Translations under genes and position numbers: made by a program
From: an uncultured delta proteobacterium
GTDB taxonomy: Bacteria; Desulfobacterota; Binatia; Bin18
Direction: 5' to 3'
Length of the DNA stretch: 45,320 nt
Assembly: GCA_963733195.1 (NCBI GenBank)
Contig: CAVTCR010000016.1
Span: 1-45,320 of the forward strand
The notes under the pieces: generated by a model
Seen by the model: only the letters and a program-made list of their open reading frames with translations
Databases searched by the model: none
What the model was told of the DNA's origin: nothing
Shown: positions 19,683 through 29,933 of the stretch, one piece after another
Layout of the letters: the number at the start of each line of letters is the position of its first letter
Position numbering within the stretch: the stretch's first letter is position 1

Positions 19683-20420
19683 ATGTCAGAAATGGTTGCA
19701 AAGATGTCGACGCCAGAGGTGAAAATGGAAAAGAGTGGACTCTCCGTGGGACGTATCGTTTTACTAGTAGCCGCCGTAGGCGGTCTGATCCTACTTGGGC
19801 GCCAAGGGGGTGCATACATTCCAATCTTTGCGGAATGGGTTAAGGGTCTGGGGGTGTGGGGACCTGTAGCGTTTATTGCGGGATATGTTGTTGCCGCGGT
19901 GATGTTCATTCCTGGGTCGTTGTTAACGCTCGCAGGTGGGGCGATCTTCGGACTAACCAAGGGTGTAATGATTGTTTTCCTTGCTGCTGTGCTGGGGTCC
20001 TCAGCCGCGTTCCTGGTGTCTCGCTATGTGGCGCGCAGCTCGATTGAACGCCGGTTGGCTGGCAACGCGCGTTTTGCTGCTATAGACCGTGCTGTGGGGG
20101 CACAAGGGCGGAAGATCGTTTTCTTATTGCGTTTGTCGCCGGTTTTTCCCTTTACGTTATTAAACTACGGATTGGGGCTGACCAACGTCCGCTTTGTCGA
20201 TTATGTGACCGCGTCAGTGGGAATGCTGCCGGGAACGCTGCTCTACGTCTATTATGGCAAGGTCATTGGCGACGTTGCCGCTCTGGCTGGTGGTATGGCG
20301 AGAGAGAAAGGCCCCGCTGATTATGCTATCCTTATTCTTGGACTAGTGGCGACGATTGTCGTGACCACGATTGTCACCCGGATTGCCCGCCGTGCGCTCA
20401 ACGATGTAACCAAAGAGTAA
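19683..20420 (+). CDS. TVP38/TMEM64 (VTT/DedA-related) membrane protein
   Basis: FIPGSLLTLAGGAIFG, LLRLSPVFPFTLLNY, GMLPGTLLYVYYG; AGGAGG RBS. Confidence 0.92.
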   Translation: MSEMVAKMSTPEVKMEKSGLSVGRIVLLVAAVGGLILLGRQGGAYIPIFAEWVKGLGVWGPVAFIAGYVVAAVMFIPGSLLTLAGGAIFGLTKGVMIVFLAAVLGSSAAFLVSRYVARSSIERRLAGNARFAAIDRAVGAQGRKIVFLLRLSPVFPFTLLNYGLGLTNVRFVDYVTASVGMLPGTLLYVYYGKVIGDVAALAGGMAREKGPADYAILILGLVATIVVTTIVTRIARRALNDVTKE

Positions 20421-20636
20421 AGATTTCAAATGCTTACTGCAACATAAGGGGGCGATAGGGAACGTGCGACTGTGGCAAAAGTACACCCTAAAGACTATTC
20501 GCTTGCTGCGAGAGTATCATTCTGGGGGCTCTAATTTTTATGTGTCATGTACAAGGGGGGATCTATGGACACACGCACGTTCTTGCGGCTTGATAGCGCT
20601 ACCGATTTTTCGTTCCGCGGGTCGCATGGTCGGAGA

Positions 20637-22007
20637 ATGGAGCGTCAGACCGTGACTGTACAAAGCCTGACCAGCGCTCTCAGACAGACCACGGCAATGA
20701 TTTTGGCTGGAGGCCAAGGGGAGCGCCTCGCACCACTCACTCGGGATCGTGCCAAACCGGCGGTCCCATTTGGTGGGAACTATCGCATCATCGATTTTAC
20801 CTTGTCGAATTGTCTCAATTCCGGACTCCGTAAAATTCACATTTTGACACAGTACAAGTCACGCTCTTTGGATCGCCACATCAAACAGGCGTGGAACGTG
20901 TTCACGAGCGAAATGGATGAATATATTGATGTCCTGCCACCACAACAGCGCAGTGTTGAACGGTGGTATGAAGGAACCGCCGACGCCGTCTTTCAGAACA
21001 TCTACACGCTGCAAATGGAGCAGCCCCAGTACGTGCTCGTCCTTGGCGGAGATCACGTCTACAAAATGGACTACAGTGAAATGCTTGCGGCTCATATCAA
21101 CAGTAGGTCAGAAATCACTGTTGCCTGCACTGAGGTGCCTAAAGCTGAAGCAAGACGCTTTGGAGTGATGGGCGTCGATCCCGACTGGCGCATTCAGCGT
21201 TTTCAGGAAAAACCGGCGGAACCTGATGGCATTCCCGATAATCCCGATTACGCGTTGGCGTCGATGGGAATTTACATCTTCAACACAGAGACCCTCGTCC
21301 GAGAGCTTCTTGCCAATTCCCGACAGAATGAAAGCCATGACTTTGGCAAAGACATTCTTCCACGGATGGTGCGCAGCGGCGAGTGTGTGTACGCCTTTCC
21401 CTTCCGCGATCGCAACAGCGGCGCGATCAAATACTGGCGCGATATTGGCACCCTCGATAGTTACTACGAGGCGCACATGGATCTGATCGCGGTCAGCCCA
21501 GTCTTCAACCTCTATGATCAAGATTGGCCTATTCGTACCTATCAGGTACAAGCACCGCCCGCGAAAACTGTCTTTCGTGGGGCAGAGCGTCAAGGTGAAG
21601 TGTTGGACTCGTTAGTCTGTAACGGTTGCATCATCAGTGGTGCACGAGTCGAACATTCTATTCTTGGACCTCGCGTGTTCGTCCACAGTTGGGCACATGT
21701 TGAGGATAGTGTGGTGTTTGATGATGTCGAAATTGGACGCCATGCGCGGGTTCGCCGCGCCATCATCGACAAGAACGTCAAGATTCCCGCGGGCGCAGTG
21801 ATTGGGTATGATCTGGAACGCGATCGGCAACGTTTTACGGTAACAGACAACGGTATCGTGGTTATCCCTAAGGGCGCGGCAATTGACGAAGAGTTAAGAA
21901 CCGGAACTTTTTTGTACCTGGGACTAAGAATCTTTGTTGGTCTGCTCGTCCTTCGGGCCGCGGTTGATGACATTCATGGCCATTGCGATCATCGAACCGA
22001 TATCTGA
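20637..22007 (+). CDS. glgC: Glucose-1-phosphate adenylyltransferase
   Basis: ILAGGQGERLAPLTRDRAKPAVPFGGNYRIIDF, WYEGTADAV, FQEKP, YWRDIGT. Start and last ~35 codons uncertain. Confidence 0.95.
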   Translation: MERQTVTVQSLTSALRQTTAMILAGGQGERLAPLTRDRAKPAVPFGGNYRIIDFTLSNCLNSGLRKIHILTQYKSRSLDRHIKQAWNVFTSEMDEYIDVLPPQQRSVERWYEGTADAVFQNIYTLQMEQPQYVLVLGGDHVYKMDYSEMLAAHINSRSEITVACTEVPKAEARRFGVMGVDPDWRIQRFQEKPAEPDGIPDNPDYALASMGIYIFNTETLVRELLANSRQNESHDFGKDILPRMVRSGECVYAFPFRDRNSGAIKYWRDIGTLDSYYEAHMDLIAVSPVFNLYDQDWPIRTYQVQAPPAKTVFRGAERQGEVLDSLVCNGCIISGARVEHSILGPRVFVHSWAHVEDSVVFDDVEIGRHARVRRAIIDKNVKIPAGAVIGYDLERDRQRFTVTDNGIVVIPKGAAIDEELRTGTFLYLGLRIFVGLLVLRAAVDDIHGHCDHRTDI

Positions 22008-22868
22008 CACACTGGCCGGTAAGATCATCGTGTTATTGGTTTTTGCTAATTCGCCAAACTGTGTGATGTATTGTTCGGCAACGCGTAGCTGGACAGCCTC
22101 ACGGCCACCCGGCAGTTGAATGGATCCCGCGACTTTGCGAATGCCCTCAGCCGTTGCGTCGGCGATCGACAAAATAGCCGCCGCCTCTCCCTCGGCTTCG
22201 TTCATTTCCTGTTGCTTCTTCGCTTCTGAAGCTTTGATCACTTGCTGTTTTTGTCCTTCAGCGGTGTTGATCGCAGCATCGCGTTCACCTTCGGAGGTGA
22301 GTACTAACGCCCGTTTCTCACGCTCAGCACGCATCTGTTTTTCCATAGCGGCGAGAATATCGGCGGGAGGAGTAATGTTCTTGATCTCATAGCGCAATAC
22401 TTTGATACCCCACGGCTCGGTGGCCTTGTCGAGTTCAGTCACGACGTTGGTATTGATCTGGGTACGTTCTTCAAAGGTGCGATCTAGCTCGATCTTGCCG
22501 ATCTCGCTCCGCAATGTCGTCTGTGCCAGTTGGATAATAGCGAATAAATAGTCCGACACTCCATACGATGCGCGCTCTGGGTTCATGACTTTGAAATACA
22601 ACACGCCATCAACTTGCACTTGAACGTTGTCACGCGTGATACAGACCTGGGCGGGGATATCGAGTGCAGTTTCTTTGAGCGAATGGCGATAGCGAACGTT
22701 GTCAAAGAATGGATAGAGCAGGTGAAACCCAGCGCTGAGCGTTCCTGAGTACCGCCCTAAACGCTCGACGACGTAGGCGCTCTGTTGGGGAACGACGATG
22801 GCAAGTTTGGTAAAAATAAACCAGATGAGAACGGCCAGGACAAGAACGAAAAGTAAAGTGCCATCCAT
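21924..22868 (-). CDS. SPFH/band 7 stomatin-like (paraslipin, QmcA-type) protein
   Basis: VVERLGRY, QVCITRDNV, LAQTTLRSEIG, MEKQMRAEREKRA. Confidence 0.93.
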   Translation of the reverse strand: MDGTLLFVLVLAVLIWFIFTKLAIVVPQQSAYVVERLGRYSGTLSAGFHLLYPFFDNVRYRHSLKETALDIPAQVCITRDNVQVQVDGVLYFKVMNPERASYGVSDYLFAIIQLAQTTLRSEIGKIELDRTFEERTQINTNVVTELDKATEPWGIKVLRYEIKNITPPADILAAMEKQMRAEREKRALVLTSEGERDAAINTAEGQKQQVIKASEAKKQQEMNEAEGEAAAILSIADATAEGIRKVAGSIQLPGGREAVQLRVAEQYITQFGELAKTNNTMILPASVSDIGSMIAMAMNVINRGPKDEQTNKDS

Positions 22869-22886
22869 AAGGGTGTTCCCTCCAAA

Positions 22887-23321
22887 TTATGTCGCGCTGA
22901 CTATGAGCATCAATCCATCGACTCGTTGCACGCGGCAGCGTTGGCCTTTGTAGAGTTGCTGCGTATCCCCATTTTGTACGTTCCAGGTACTGCCATGTAA
23001 TTCGGCTTTCCCGACCGCTCCAGGGAGTAGGTCGGCGCTGAGGAGTGCTACCTCACCCACCAGGGTATCGACAGCATCGGCTGTTTGCCGACGACCGCCA
23101 AGAGTGGCGAGAAGACGATTACGAAAAACTAGCAGTGAGACAACTGACAAGAGCGAAAAGAGCAACCATTGCCGGGCGAGCGAGCCACCAATGTCAACAC
23201 TGACCAGTAGAGCAACCAGGAAAGCACTGATTGCGAAGAATATAGCGTAGAAACCCCCTGGAGTGAGAGCCTCAAGAAAGAGGAGAGCTAAACCAAACAG
23301 TGCCCAGAGCCACCATTCCAT
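22887..23321 (-). CDS. NfeD/YbbJ family membrane protein
   Basis: WWLWALFGLALLFLEALTPG, GKAELHGSTW, C-terminal OB-like V..VDGLMLIV; classic partner of SPFH. Confidence 0.88.
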   Translation of the reverse strand: MEWWLWALFGLALLFLEALTPGGFYAIFFAISAFLVALLVSVDIGGSLARQWLLFSLLSVVSLLVFRNRLLATLGGRRQTADAVDTLVGEVALLSADLLPGAVGKAELHGSTWNVQNGDTQQLYKGQRCRVQRVDGLMLIVSAT

Positions 23322-23340
23322 AAGGTCGCAGAGAGTGACG

Positions 23341-23586
23341 TTACGTACTGCTAACGCGAGATTTAAGGATTGCTTGCACGAGATCTTCTGGTACTGCAGC
23401 AGGAATCTGTTCATTGGAAGCAATGATAGCAGTTTTGCCCATTCGTACCGTATCTTGATACTGCTGTAAGTATTTTACACAGTGCGGACACTTGGCGAGA
23501 TGGTCATCGAAGGTTGTACGTTCTGTGGGAGGAAGTTCATCTTCGATATAACGCCAGAGAAACTCGATAAACTCGCGACAGGTCAT
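23341..23586 (-). CDS. zf-HC2 (ZAS) anti-sigma factor family protein
   Basis: MTCREF..L..Y...EL......F..HLAKCPHC (HxxxCxxC); soluble, 81 aa; no adjacent sigma gene. Confidence 0.88.
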   Translation of the reverse strand: MTCREFIEFLWRYIEDELPPTERTTFDDHLAKCPHCVKYLQQYQDTVRMGKTAIIASNEQIPAAVPEDLVQAILKSRVSST

Positions 23587-23730
23587 ACGGGTTCCTTTAT
23601 TCAGCGCATCTTCTCTATGTTAACAAATACTGCTGTATTACAGAAATCACACCTCATCTTCTCGGAAGTGCGGGTCAAGTAATGTCCGTTGGGACCTCGT
23701 CCGGTACGTGTCTATCCAAGAATGAATTCC

Positions 23731-25344
23731 CTACCGTGTCCACGCGAGCCAACGGTGAAACATCTTTTTCACAAACGGTGTCAGTCGAGTACGGTTGAAT
23801 GCGTCACCCACTTTGCGAATTGCTTCGGCTTGGGTGGGATATGGGTGAATCACCGACGCGAGTGTCTTCAGGCCGATTTTGCCGACCATTGCTAAAGTGA
23901 TTTCACTGATCATCTCGCCAGCATGTCGCGCGACGATAGTTGCACCAAGAATTTGATCAGTGCCCTTTTTGACGTGGACTTTCACAAATCCATCTTCTTC
24001 ACCGTCGGCAATCGCGCGATCAACTTGACTCATGGAGATAGTAAACGAGTCTATGTCGATCCCTTTGGCTTGAGCATCGCGTTCGTACATACCGACATGG
24101 GCGATTTCTGGGTCAGTGTAGGTACACCACGGCATGGTCAAGGCGCTCAGCTTCTTACTGCCACGGAAGAGGGTGTTTTGGATGACAATCCGTGCGGCAA
24201 AATCGGCAGCGTGGGTAAACTTATAATCCATGCAAATATCGCCCGCAGCGTAAATCCGGGCGTTGGTTGTTTGTAATTGATCGTTCACCTTGACGCCGTG
24301 TTTCTTATCGTATTGCACACCAACGATTTCAAGATTTAATCCTTCCACGTTCGGCGCACGGCCCGCGCCAACAAGAATCTCATCGACAGCAATTGAGTCT
24401 GCTTTGCCTTGCGAGGTGAAGTGCAACACTTTTCCGTTTGCTGTACGCTCAACGTGCTGCACTTCGGAGTCGAGCACCAGACGGACGCCTTCGCGAATGA
24501 AGGTTTGCTGAACAATCTCTGCAGCGTCTGCATCTTCGCGATTGAGAATGTGACCGGCATTATGGAACAGCACGACCTCGCAGCCGAGACGATGAAACGC
24601 TTGTGCGAGTTCGCAACCAATCGGACCACCGCCAATCACGGCGAGACGGCGTGGACGTTCTGTGAGAGAAAAAACGGTTTCGTTGGTTAAGAATCCTGCT
24701 TCGGCCAAACCTGGAATATCAGGATTCACCGCGCGAGCACCACTAGCGATAACGGCACGCTTAAAGCGGAGCGTTTTTCCGCCAACTTCAACAGTATCAG
24801 GTCCAGAGAAGTGGCCATCACCGAGAAAAACGTCCACACCTAACTCTTTGTGGAAGCGATGAACGGAGTCGTGATGACTAATGCCAGCACGTAAACGACG
24901 CATCCGTTCCATGACGGCAGGAAAGTCAACTTCGACATCGCCACGGACACGAACGCCGAATCGTTCAGCGTCACGCATATCGCCTACAACGCGGGAGGAT
25001 CGGATAACGGCTTTGGACGGAACACACCCGACATTGAGGCAATCACCGCCCATGAGATGACGCTCAATCAGTGCGACTTTTGCTCCCAGTCCAGCAGCGC
25101 CAGCGGCGGTTACGAGTCCAGCGGTTCCAGCGCCAATCACCACCAGATTATAGCGCGGTGCAGGTTCTGGATTGGTCCAGTCTGTTGGGTGGACGTTGGC
25201 GACTAGTCGTGCATTGTGCTCGTCGTTCGGCAGGACTTCAGGAAAAGAGCCTTTTGCTTTCGTTGGCTGCCAATCGTGAGCAACACCGTTGCCAATTGGT
25301 ATAATTGAAGATTTCGTGCGCATCTGTTGCTGTCCCTGATTCAT
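23731..25344 (-). CDS. MerA-like pyridine nucleotide-disulfide oxidoreductase
   Basis: GAGTAG, GGDCLNVGCVPSK, GGGPIG, HPYPTQAE; lacks the MerA C-terminal CC pair and the NmerA domain. Confidence 0.9.
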   Translation of the reverse strand: MNQGQQQMRTKSSIIPIGNGVAHDWQPTKAKGSFPEVLPNDEHNARLVANVHPTDWTNPEPAPRYNLVVIGAGTAGLVTAAGAAGLGAKVALIERHLMGGDCLNVGCVPSKAVIRSSRVVGDMRDAERFGVRVRGDVEVDFPAVMERMRRLRAGISHHDSVHRFHKELGVDVFLGDGHFSGPDTVEVGGKTLRFKRAVIASGARAVNPDIPGLAEAGFLTNETVFSLTERPRRLAVIGGGPIGCELAQAFHRLGCEVVLFHNAGHILNREDADAAEIVQQTFIREGVRLVLDSEVQHVERTANGKVLHFTSQGKADSIAVDEILVGAGRAPNVEGLNLEIVGVQYDKKHGVKVNDQLQTTNARIYAAGDICMDYKFTHAADFAARIVIQNTLFRGSKKLSALTMPWCTYTDPEIAHVGMYERDAQAKGIDIDSFTISMSQVDRAIADGEEDGFVKVHVKKGTDQILGATIVARHAGEMISEITLAMVGKIGLKTLASVIHPYPTQAEAIRKVGDAFNRTRLTPFVKKMFHRWLAWTR

Positions 25345-25391
25345 AGCGGACCTCCTATTGCAATAATAGAGGGAAGTTCTGCTCTTCCTCT

Positions 25392-25419
25392 CTGATGCTG
25401 CACGGAGGCGGGGGGTTTC
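25392..25419 (-). promoter_or_regulatory. Putative ECF sigma promoter (TGAAAC-N16-CATCAG)
   Basis: Reverse complement of 25392-25419, about 50 bp upstream of the reductase start. Confidence 0.6.
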
Positions 25420-25449
25420 ATGGAATCAAGTCCGTTGCTCTCCCCTGTG

Positions 25450-28113
25450 TTACTCCCCACTTTGCTGCAAGAGCTTCGCGACCAATCCCGTCCATCCGGT
25501 CTGATGGCTCGCACCTATGCCTGCGCCGTTGTCACCGTGGAAGTATTCATAAAACAAGAGGAGATCACACCAATGCGGATCGTGCTGGAACTTCTCTGTC
25601 CCGCCATAGACTGGGCGACGACCGTTGGCATCCTTGAGGAAGAGCCGAGAGAGGCGGCGGGAAATATCTGCGGCGACCTCTCCCAATGTGTGGCGTTGTC
25701 CTGACCCCGTCGGACATTCGACCCGGTACTCATCGCCGAGGTAAAAGTGGAACTTTTGGAGCGACTCGATCAGCAAGTAGTTTACCGGAAACCACACCGG
25801 ACCGCGCCAGTTTGAGTTCCCGCCAAAGATTCCGGTGCTTGATTCCGCAGGTTCGTAGTGCACTTGGTGTTCGCGGCCGTTCACTGCCAGGGTGTACGGA
25901 TGGTCGTGGTGAAAACGCGAAAGTGCGCGGATACCGTACGGAGAAAGGAACTCCTGCTCATCCAACATATAGCGAAGGACTTGTTGTAACCGTGAGCGAT
26001 TCACTAATGACAGAAACCGTAGCACTCGCCCATCTGCCGTCGTCTGGGTTTCGATATGCTCGCTCAACTCAGGGCGATTCTCGATGAACCATTGCAGGCG
26101 ACGCTTGAACCCTGGAAGCTTATCGATGATATCCGAATCGAGTGTTTCAACCGCAAACAACGGTGTCAGCCCTACCATAGAGCGGATTTTCAGTGGAAAC
26201 GGCTTCCCGTGCTCTGGATGTAGGACATCATAGTAAAAGCCATCCTGTGGGTCCCATAACGAGAGCCCTTCATTGCCGAGGTTGTTAATCGCCCGACAGA
26301 TGTACACAAAGTGCTCAAAGAATTTACTGGCGACGTCTTCATATGCTGGGTCTTCTCGCGCCAGTTCTAAGGCAATGGTCAGCATATTCAGACAATACAT
26401 GCCCATCCAACTGGTGCCATCAGATTGTTCAAGGTGTCCGCCGGTTGGCAGCGGGGCACTACGATCAAAAACTCCGATGTTATCGAGCCCGAGGAAGCCA
26501 CCCTGGAAGACATTGCGCCCTTCCGCGTCTTTCCGGTTCACCCACCATGTGAAGTTAAGCAACAGTTTGTGAAACACGCGTTCAAGAAACTTACGATCAG
26601 CTACACCTCGGCGCTTTTCCTCGATCCTGTACACCCGCCATGCAGCCCAGGCGTGGACCGGCGGGTTCACATCTCCGAACGCCCATTCATAGGCAGGGAG
26701 TTGGCCGTTCGGGTGCATGTACCACTCACGTAGCATCAGGATCAGTTGTTCTTTAGCAAAGTCGGCATCGACTAGTGCGAGCGGGAGGCAATGGAACGCA
26801 AGATCCCACGCCGCGTACCATGGATACTCCCACTTGTCGGGCATCGAAATGACATCGGCGTTAAATAAATGCTCCCATTGATGATTTCGACCTTTCAGCC
26901 GTTCCGCGGGAGGAGCCGATTCATTGGGATCTCCTCTGAGCCAGCGGCTGACATTGTAATGATAGAACTGCTTGCTCCACAGCATTCCTGCCAATGCTTG
27001 TCGCATGACGTTACGAGCATCGAGCGAGAGAGTATCGGGAATGACCGTGGCATAGAATTCGTCGGCCTCGTGCTGACGCGTGGCAATGAGGTTGTCAAAG
27101 TCGTTTGCAAAGAGGGTGTCTGTGCTCATGCTCGGAGCGGTGTTCGTCAGCCGCAAACGAACAGTTGTCGTCTCACCAGGACGGACCGCCAACGGATAAT
27201 GGGCGGCGACCTTAGTGCCGTAGTGTGCTGGGTTCACCGCTTCCTTCATGCCGTGCACGATATTGTCGTTGATCCCATCTTTGACGTATGGAGAGAAATT
27301 TTCGTCTCCACACAACCGGTGAAGATTGGTCTCGTTATTGGTAAAGAGCAACGGCGGAGCACCATCACAGTACAACCAACGTTGACCGTAATACTCGTGT
27401 CTAATTTCAACTATGCCTTCCTCCATCTTGCGTAATGATGGGCGCCGGACATCAAGGCCAGCAGACCACGTATTACGGAACCACAGCGTTGGAAGTAAGT
27501 GAAGGGTAGCGGTTTCGGGGCCACGATTCACAACCTGTATGCGAATCAAGATGTCTTCAGCTGTCTCTTTCGCGTATTCGATAAACACGTCGAAATAGCG
27601 ATTGTCGGTAAACACTCCGGTATCGAGAAGCTCGAACTCGGAGTTTTCCCGCCCACGCCAACGGTTTTTTTCTACCAGCCACGCATACGGAAACTCCGCC
27701 TGTGGGTATTTGTAGAGAAATTTCATATACGAATGCGTTGGCGTCGAGTCGAGATAGAAGTAATAGTCCTTTACATCTTCCCCGTGATTCCCTTCGTTGC
27801 CGGTTAAGCCAAAGAGCCGTTCTTTGAGGATGGGGTCGCGACCATTCCACAAGGCCAACGCGAAGCAGATGAACTGCTGACGGTCGCAAATACCGCCGAT
27901 TCCATCCTCATTCCAGCGATACGCCTTCGAGCGCGCGTGATCATGCGGCAGATACTCCCACGCGGTCCCGTACGAGCTGTAATCTTCCCGCACCGTTCCC
28001 CAGGCCCGTTCGCTAAGATATGGGCCCCAACGTTTCCAGTTGATTTTGCGATTACGTGACTCTTGTAGTCTTTTTTCTTCTGCTGTCACAGTTGGTACAC
28101 CTTCCCTTTCCAC
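25450..28113 (-). CDS. MGH1-like / GH63-related glucosidase
   Basis: [63 protein letters not shown]. Confidence 0.92.
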   Translation of the reverse strand: MEREGVPTVTAEEKRLQESRNRKINWKRWGPYLSERAWGTVREDYSSYGTAWEYLPHDHARSKAYRWNEDGIGGICDRQQFICFALALWNGRDPILKERLFGLTGNEGNHGEDVKDYYFYLDSTPTHSYMKFLYKYPQAEFPYAWLVEKNRWRGRENSEFELLDTGVFTDNRYFDVFIEYAKETAEDILIRIQVVNRGPETATLHLLPTLWFRNTWSAGLDVRRPSLRKMEEGIVEIRHEYYGQRWLYCDGAPPLLFTNNETNLHRLCGDENFSPYVKDGINDNIVHGMKEAVNPAHYGTKVAAHYPLAVRPGETTTVRLRLTNTAPSMSTDTLFANDFDNLIATRQHEADEFYATVIPDTLSLDARNVMRQALAGMLWSKQFYHYNVSRWLRGDPNESAPPAERLKGRNHQWEHLFNADVISMPDKWEYPWYAAWDLAFHCLPLALVDADFAKEQLILMLREWYMHPNGQLPAYEWAFGDVNPPVHAWAAWRVYRIEEKRRGVADRKFLERVFHKLLLNFTWWVNRKDAEGRNVFQGGFLGLDNIGVFDRSAPLPTGGHLEQSDGTSWMGMYCLNMLTIALELAREDPAYEDVASKFFEHFVYICRAINNLGNEGLSLWDPQDGFYYDVLHPEHGKPFPLKIRSMVGLTPLFAVETLDSDIIDKLPGFKRRLQWFIENRPELSEHIETQTTADGRVLRFLSLVNRSRLQQVLRYMLDEQEFLSPYGIRALSRFHHDHPYTLAVNGREHQVHYEPAESSTGIFGGNSNWRGPVWFPVNYLLIESLQKFHFYLGDEYRVECPTGSGQRHTLGEVAADISRRLSRLFLKDANGRRPVYGGTEKFQHDPHWCDLLLFYEYFHGDNGAGIGASHQTGWTGLVAKLLQQSGE

Positions 28114-28224
28114 CAGTGTAGCAGATCATCTACGCAACTTTATATTGCTCCTGCGTGGCTGCCTTCATGTCGGCTGGACTCTCCGTGCGAGACCAGCTAC
28201 AGGGGTATTCTTGAGGAGGCGGTT

Positions 28225-28632
28225 ATGAACGCGTTGGAAGAAGGAACGAAGCTCACACTCGATTTTCGCAAGTTGCAGAAGGTCGCTGAGACCAAGCAGG
28301 CAGTGGTTCCGGTCGTGCTACAGCACGCAGACACCAAAGAAGTGCTCTTTATCGGTTATGCTAATGAGTTGGCACTGCAAGAAACGCAGAAAACCCGCCG
28401 TGCTGTGTTGTGGTCAACCTCACGCAATGAGCTATGGCGCAAGGGCGAGACCTCTGGCGATGTACTCGATCTCGTTGAGATCCGTCTCAACTGTGAACAG
28501 AATTCACTGCTCTATATCGTGCGCCCGCGCAAAGGAGGCGTGTGTCATACGAAGGATGCATCGGGGCAAACCCGTATCGGTTGTTATTACCGGCGAGTGG
28601 CTGATAGTGCGGCTGAGTTAGAGTTTGTGTGA
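28225..28632 (+). CDS. hisI: Phosphoribosyl-AMP cyclohydrolase (variant active-site loop)
   Basis: WSTSRNELWRKGETSG, CHT...CYYR; canonical DCDxD reads NCEQN. Confidence 0.8.
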   Translation: MNALEEGTKLTLDFRKLQKVAETKQAVVPVVLQHADTKEVLFIGYANELALQETQKTRRAVLWSTSRNELWRKGETSGDVLDLVEIRLNCEQNSLLYIVRPRKGGVCHTKDASGQTRIGCYYRRVADSAAELEFV

Positions 28633-28702
28633 GATTCGCAATTCGGCGATGTTCCCGAGGGAGCAGGTCGCTGTATTGCCGTTCGGGTGAAGGGAGAACA
28701 TC

Positions 28703-29824
28703 ATGTCACAGCGCACCAATCCGCCGTTTCGGGCTGATGTTGTCGGCAGCTTGTTACGCCCCGCCTCGCTGCTGGTGGCGCGTGAGCAGCACAAGAAGAG
28801 CGAAATCACCGCGGCAGCCCTGCGTGCGCTTGAGGATGACGCCATCCGTGACGCTGTCAAGTTGCAAGAGGACGTGGGCCTACAGGTCGCTACCGATGGC
28901 GAGTATCGACGCGAGCTGTGGCATATGGATTTCCTCTCTAAGTTCGTGAATGCCGAGATGTACGAGGCAGGGATCAAGATCAAATTCCATTCCGAGCAGG
29001 GTGACATCGACTTCACGCCTCCTGGTATCCGCGTGGTCGGCAAGCTAGCGCGCCCACAAAACGGTATTTTCGTCAAAGATTTTGCGTACCTGAAATCTGT
29101 CACGAACGTCACGCCCAAGCAGACTATTCCGTCGCCGACCAACATGCATTTTCGCGGTGGTCGCAAGGTGATCGATGCGCAAGCCTATCCTGAACTTGAC
29201 GAATTTTATGCTGATCTCGCACGTCTCTATCGTGAAGAGATCGATAGCTTCGCCAAGGCCGGCTGCAGGTATCTGCAGATCGACGATGTCAACTTTACGT
29301 ATATGTGCGACCCTAAGCTCAGAGCGGACGTACGTACCAATATCAACGAAGAACCAGAACAGCTTACGTATACCTACGCTAAACTTATCAACGATTCGAT
29401 CGCGAGCCGTCCCATGGACATGGCGGTGTGCGTGCATATGTGTCGTGGTAATGCCTTTTCGACGTGGATGGCAGAAGGTAGCTACGATCCTGTGGCCGAG
29501 GTGATTTTTAACGAGATCAAGGTCGATGGCTTCTTCCTTGAGTATGACACGCCGCGTGCTGGGGACTTCACGCCGCTCCGTTTCGTGCCTAAAGGCAAGA
29601 TGATTGTGTTGGGTCTTGTGACGACCAAGCATGGACGACTCGAAAACAAGGACGACCTCAAACGGCGCATCGAAGAAGCTGCCAAGTACGTTCCGATCGA
29701 ACAACTCGCGCTGTCTCCGCAATGTGGGTTCGCCAGCGGTGCCGCGGGTAACAAACTGTCACATAATGACCAGCGGGCCAAGCTCGAACTCGTTGTTCAG
29801 ACTGCCCGCGAAGTGTGGGGCTAA
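28703..29824 (+). CDS. Cobalamin-independent methionine synthase II family protein (catalytic domain only)
   Basis: PPFRADVVGSLLRP, TDGEYRR, HMCRGN, FLEYD, LSPQCGF (Zn ligands). Confidence 0.92.
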   Translation: MSQRTNPPFRADVVGSLLRPASLLVAREQHKKSEITAAALRALEDDAIRDAVKLQEDVGLQVATDGEYRRELWHMDFLSKFVNAEMYEAGIKIKFHSEQGDIDFTPPGIRVVGKLARPQNGIFVKDFAYLKSVTNVTPKQTIPSPTNMHFRGGRKVIDAQAYPELDEFYADLARLYREEIDSFAKAGCRYLQIDDVNFTYMCDPKLRADVRTNINEEPEQLTYTYAKLINDSIASRPMDMAVCVHMCRGNAFSTWMAEGSYDPVAEVIFNEIKVDGFFLEYDTPRAGDFTPLRFVPKGKMIVLGLVTTKHGRLENKDDLKRRIEEAAKYVPIEQLALSPQCGFASGAAGNKLSHNDQRAKLELVVQTAREVWG

Positions 29825-29872
29825 ATCGAAGCACATGACATTCGTACACTTTATAATGTGACCACTCGGTTG

Positions 29873-29933
29873 TGTCATTCTGAGCGGAGCGAAGAATCTC
29901 TCGGAGAGACCCTTCGTTGCACTCAGGGTGACA
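29873..29933. repeat. REP-like palindromic element
   Basis: TGTCATTCTGAGCGGAGCGAAGAATCTC-TCGGA-GAGACCCTTCGTTGCACTCAGGGTGACA, an imperfect inverted repeat. Confidence 0.75.

Noticed and set aside
23731-25344. Calling the gene merA
   Set aside because: No C-terminal Cys pair and no mer operon.
28703-29824. Calling the gene metE
   Set aside because: Only the single catalytic barrel is present; this family has many paralogs of uncertain function.
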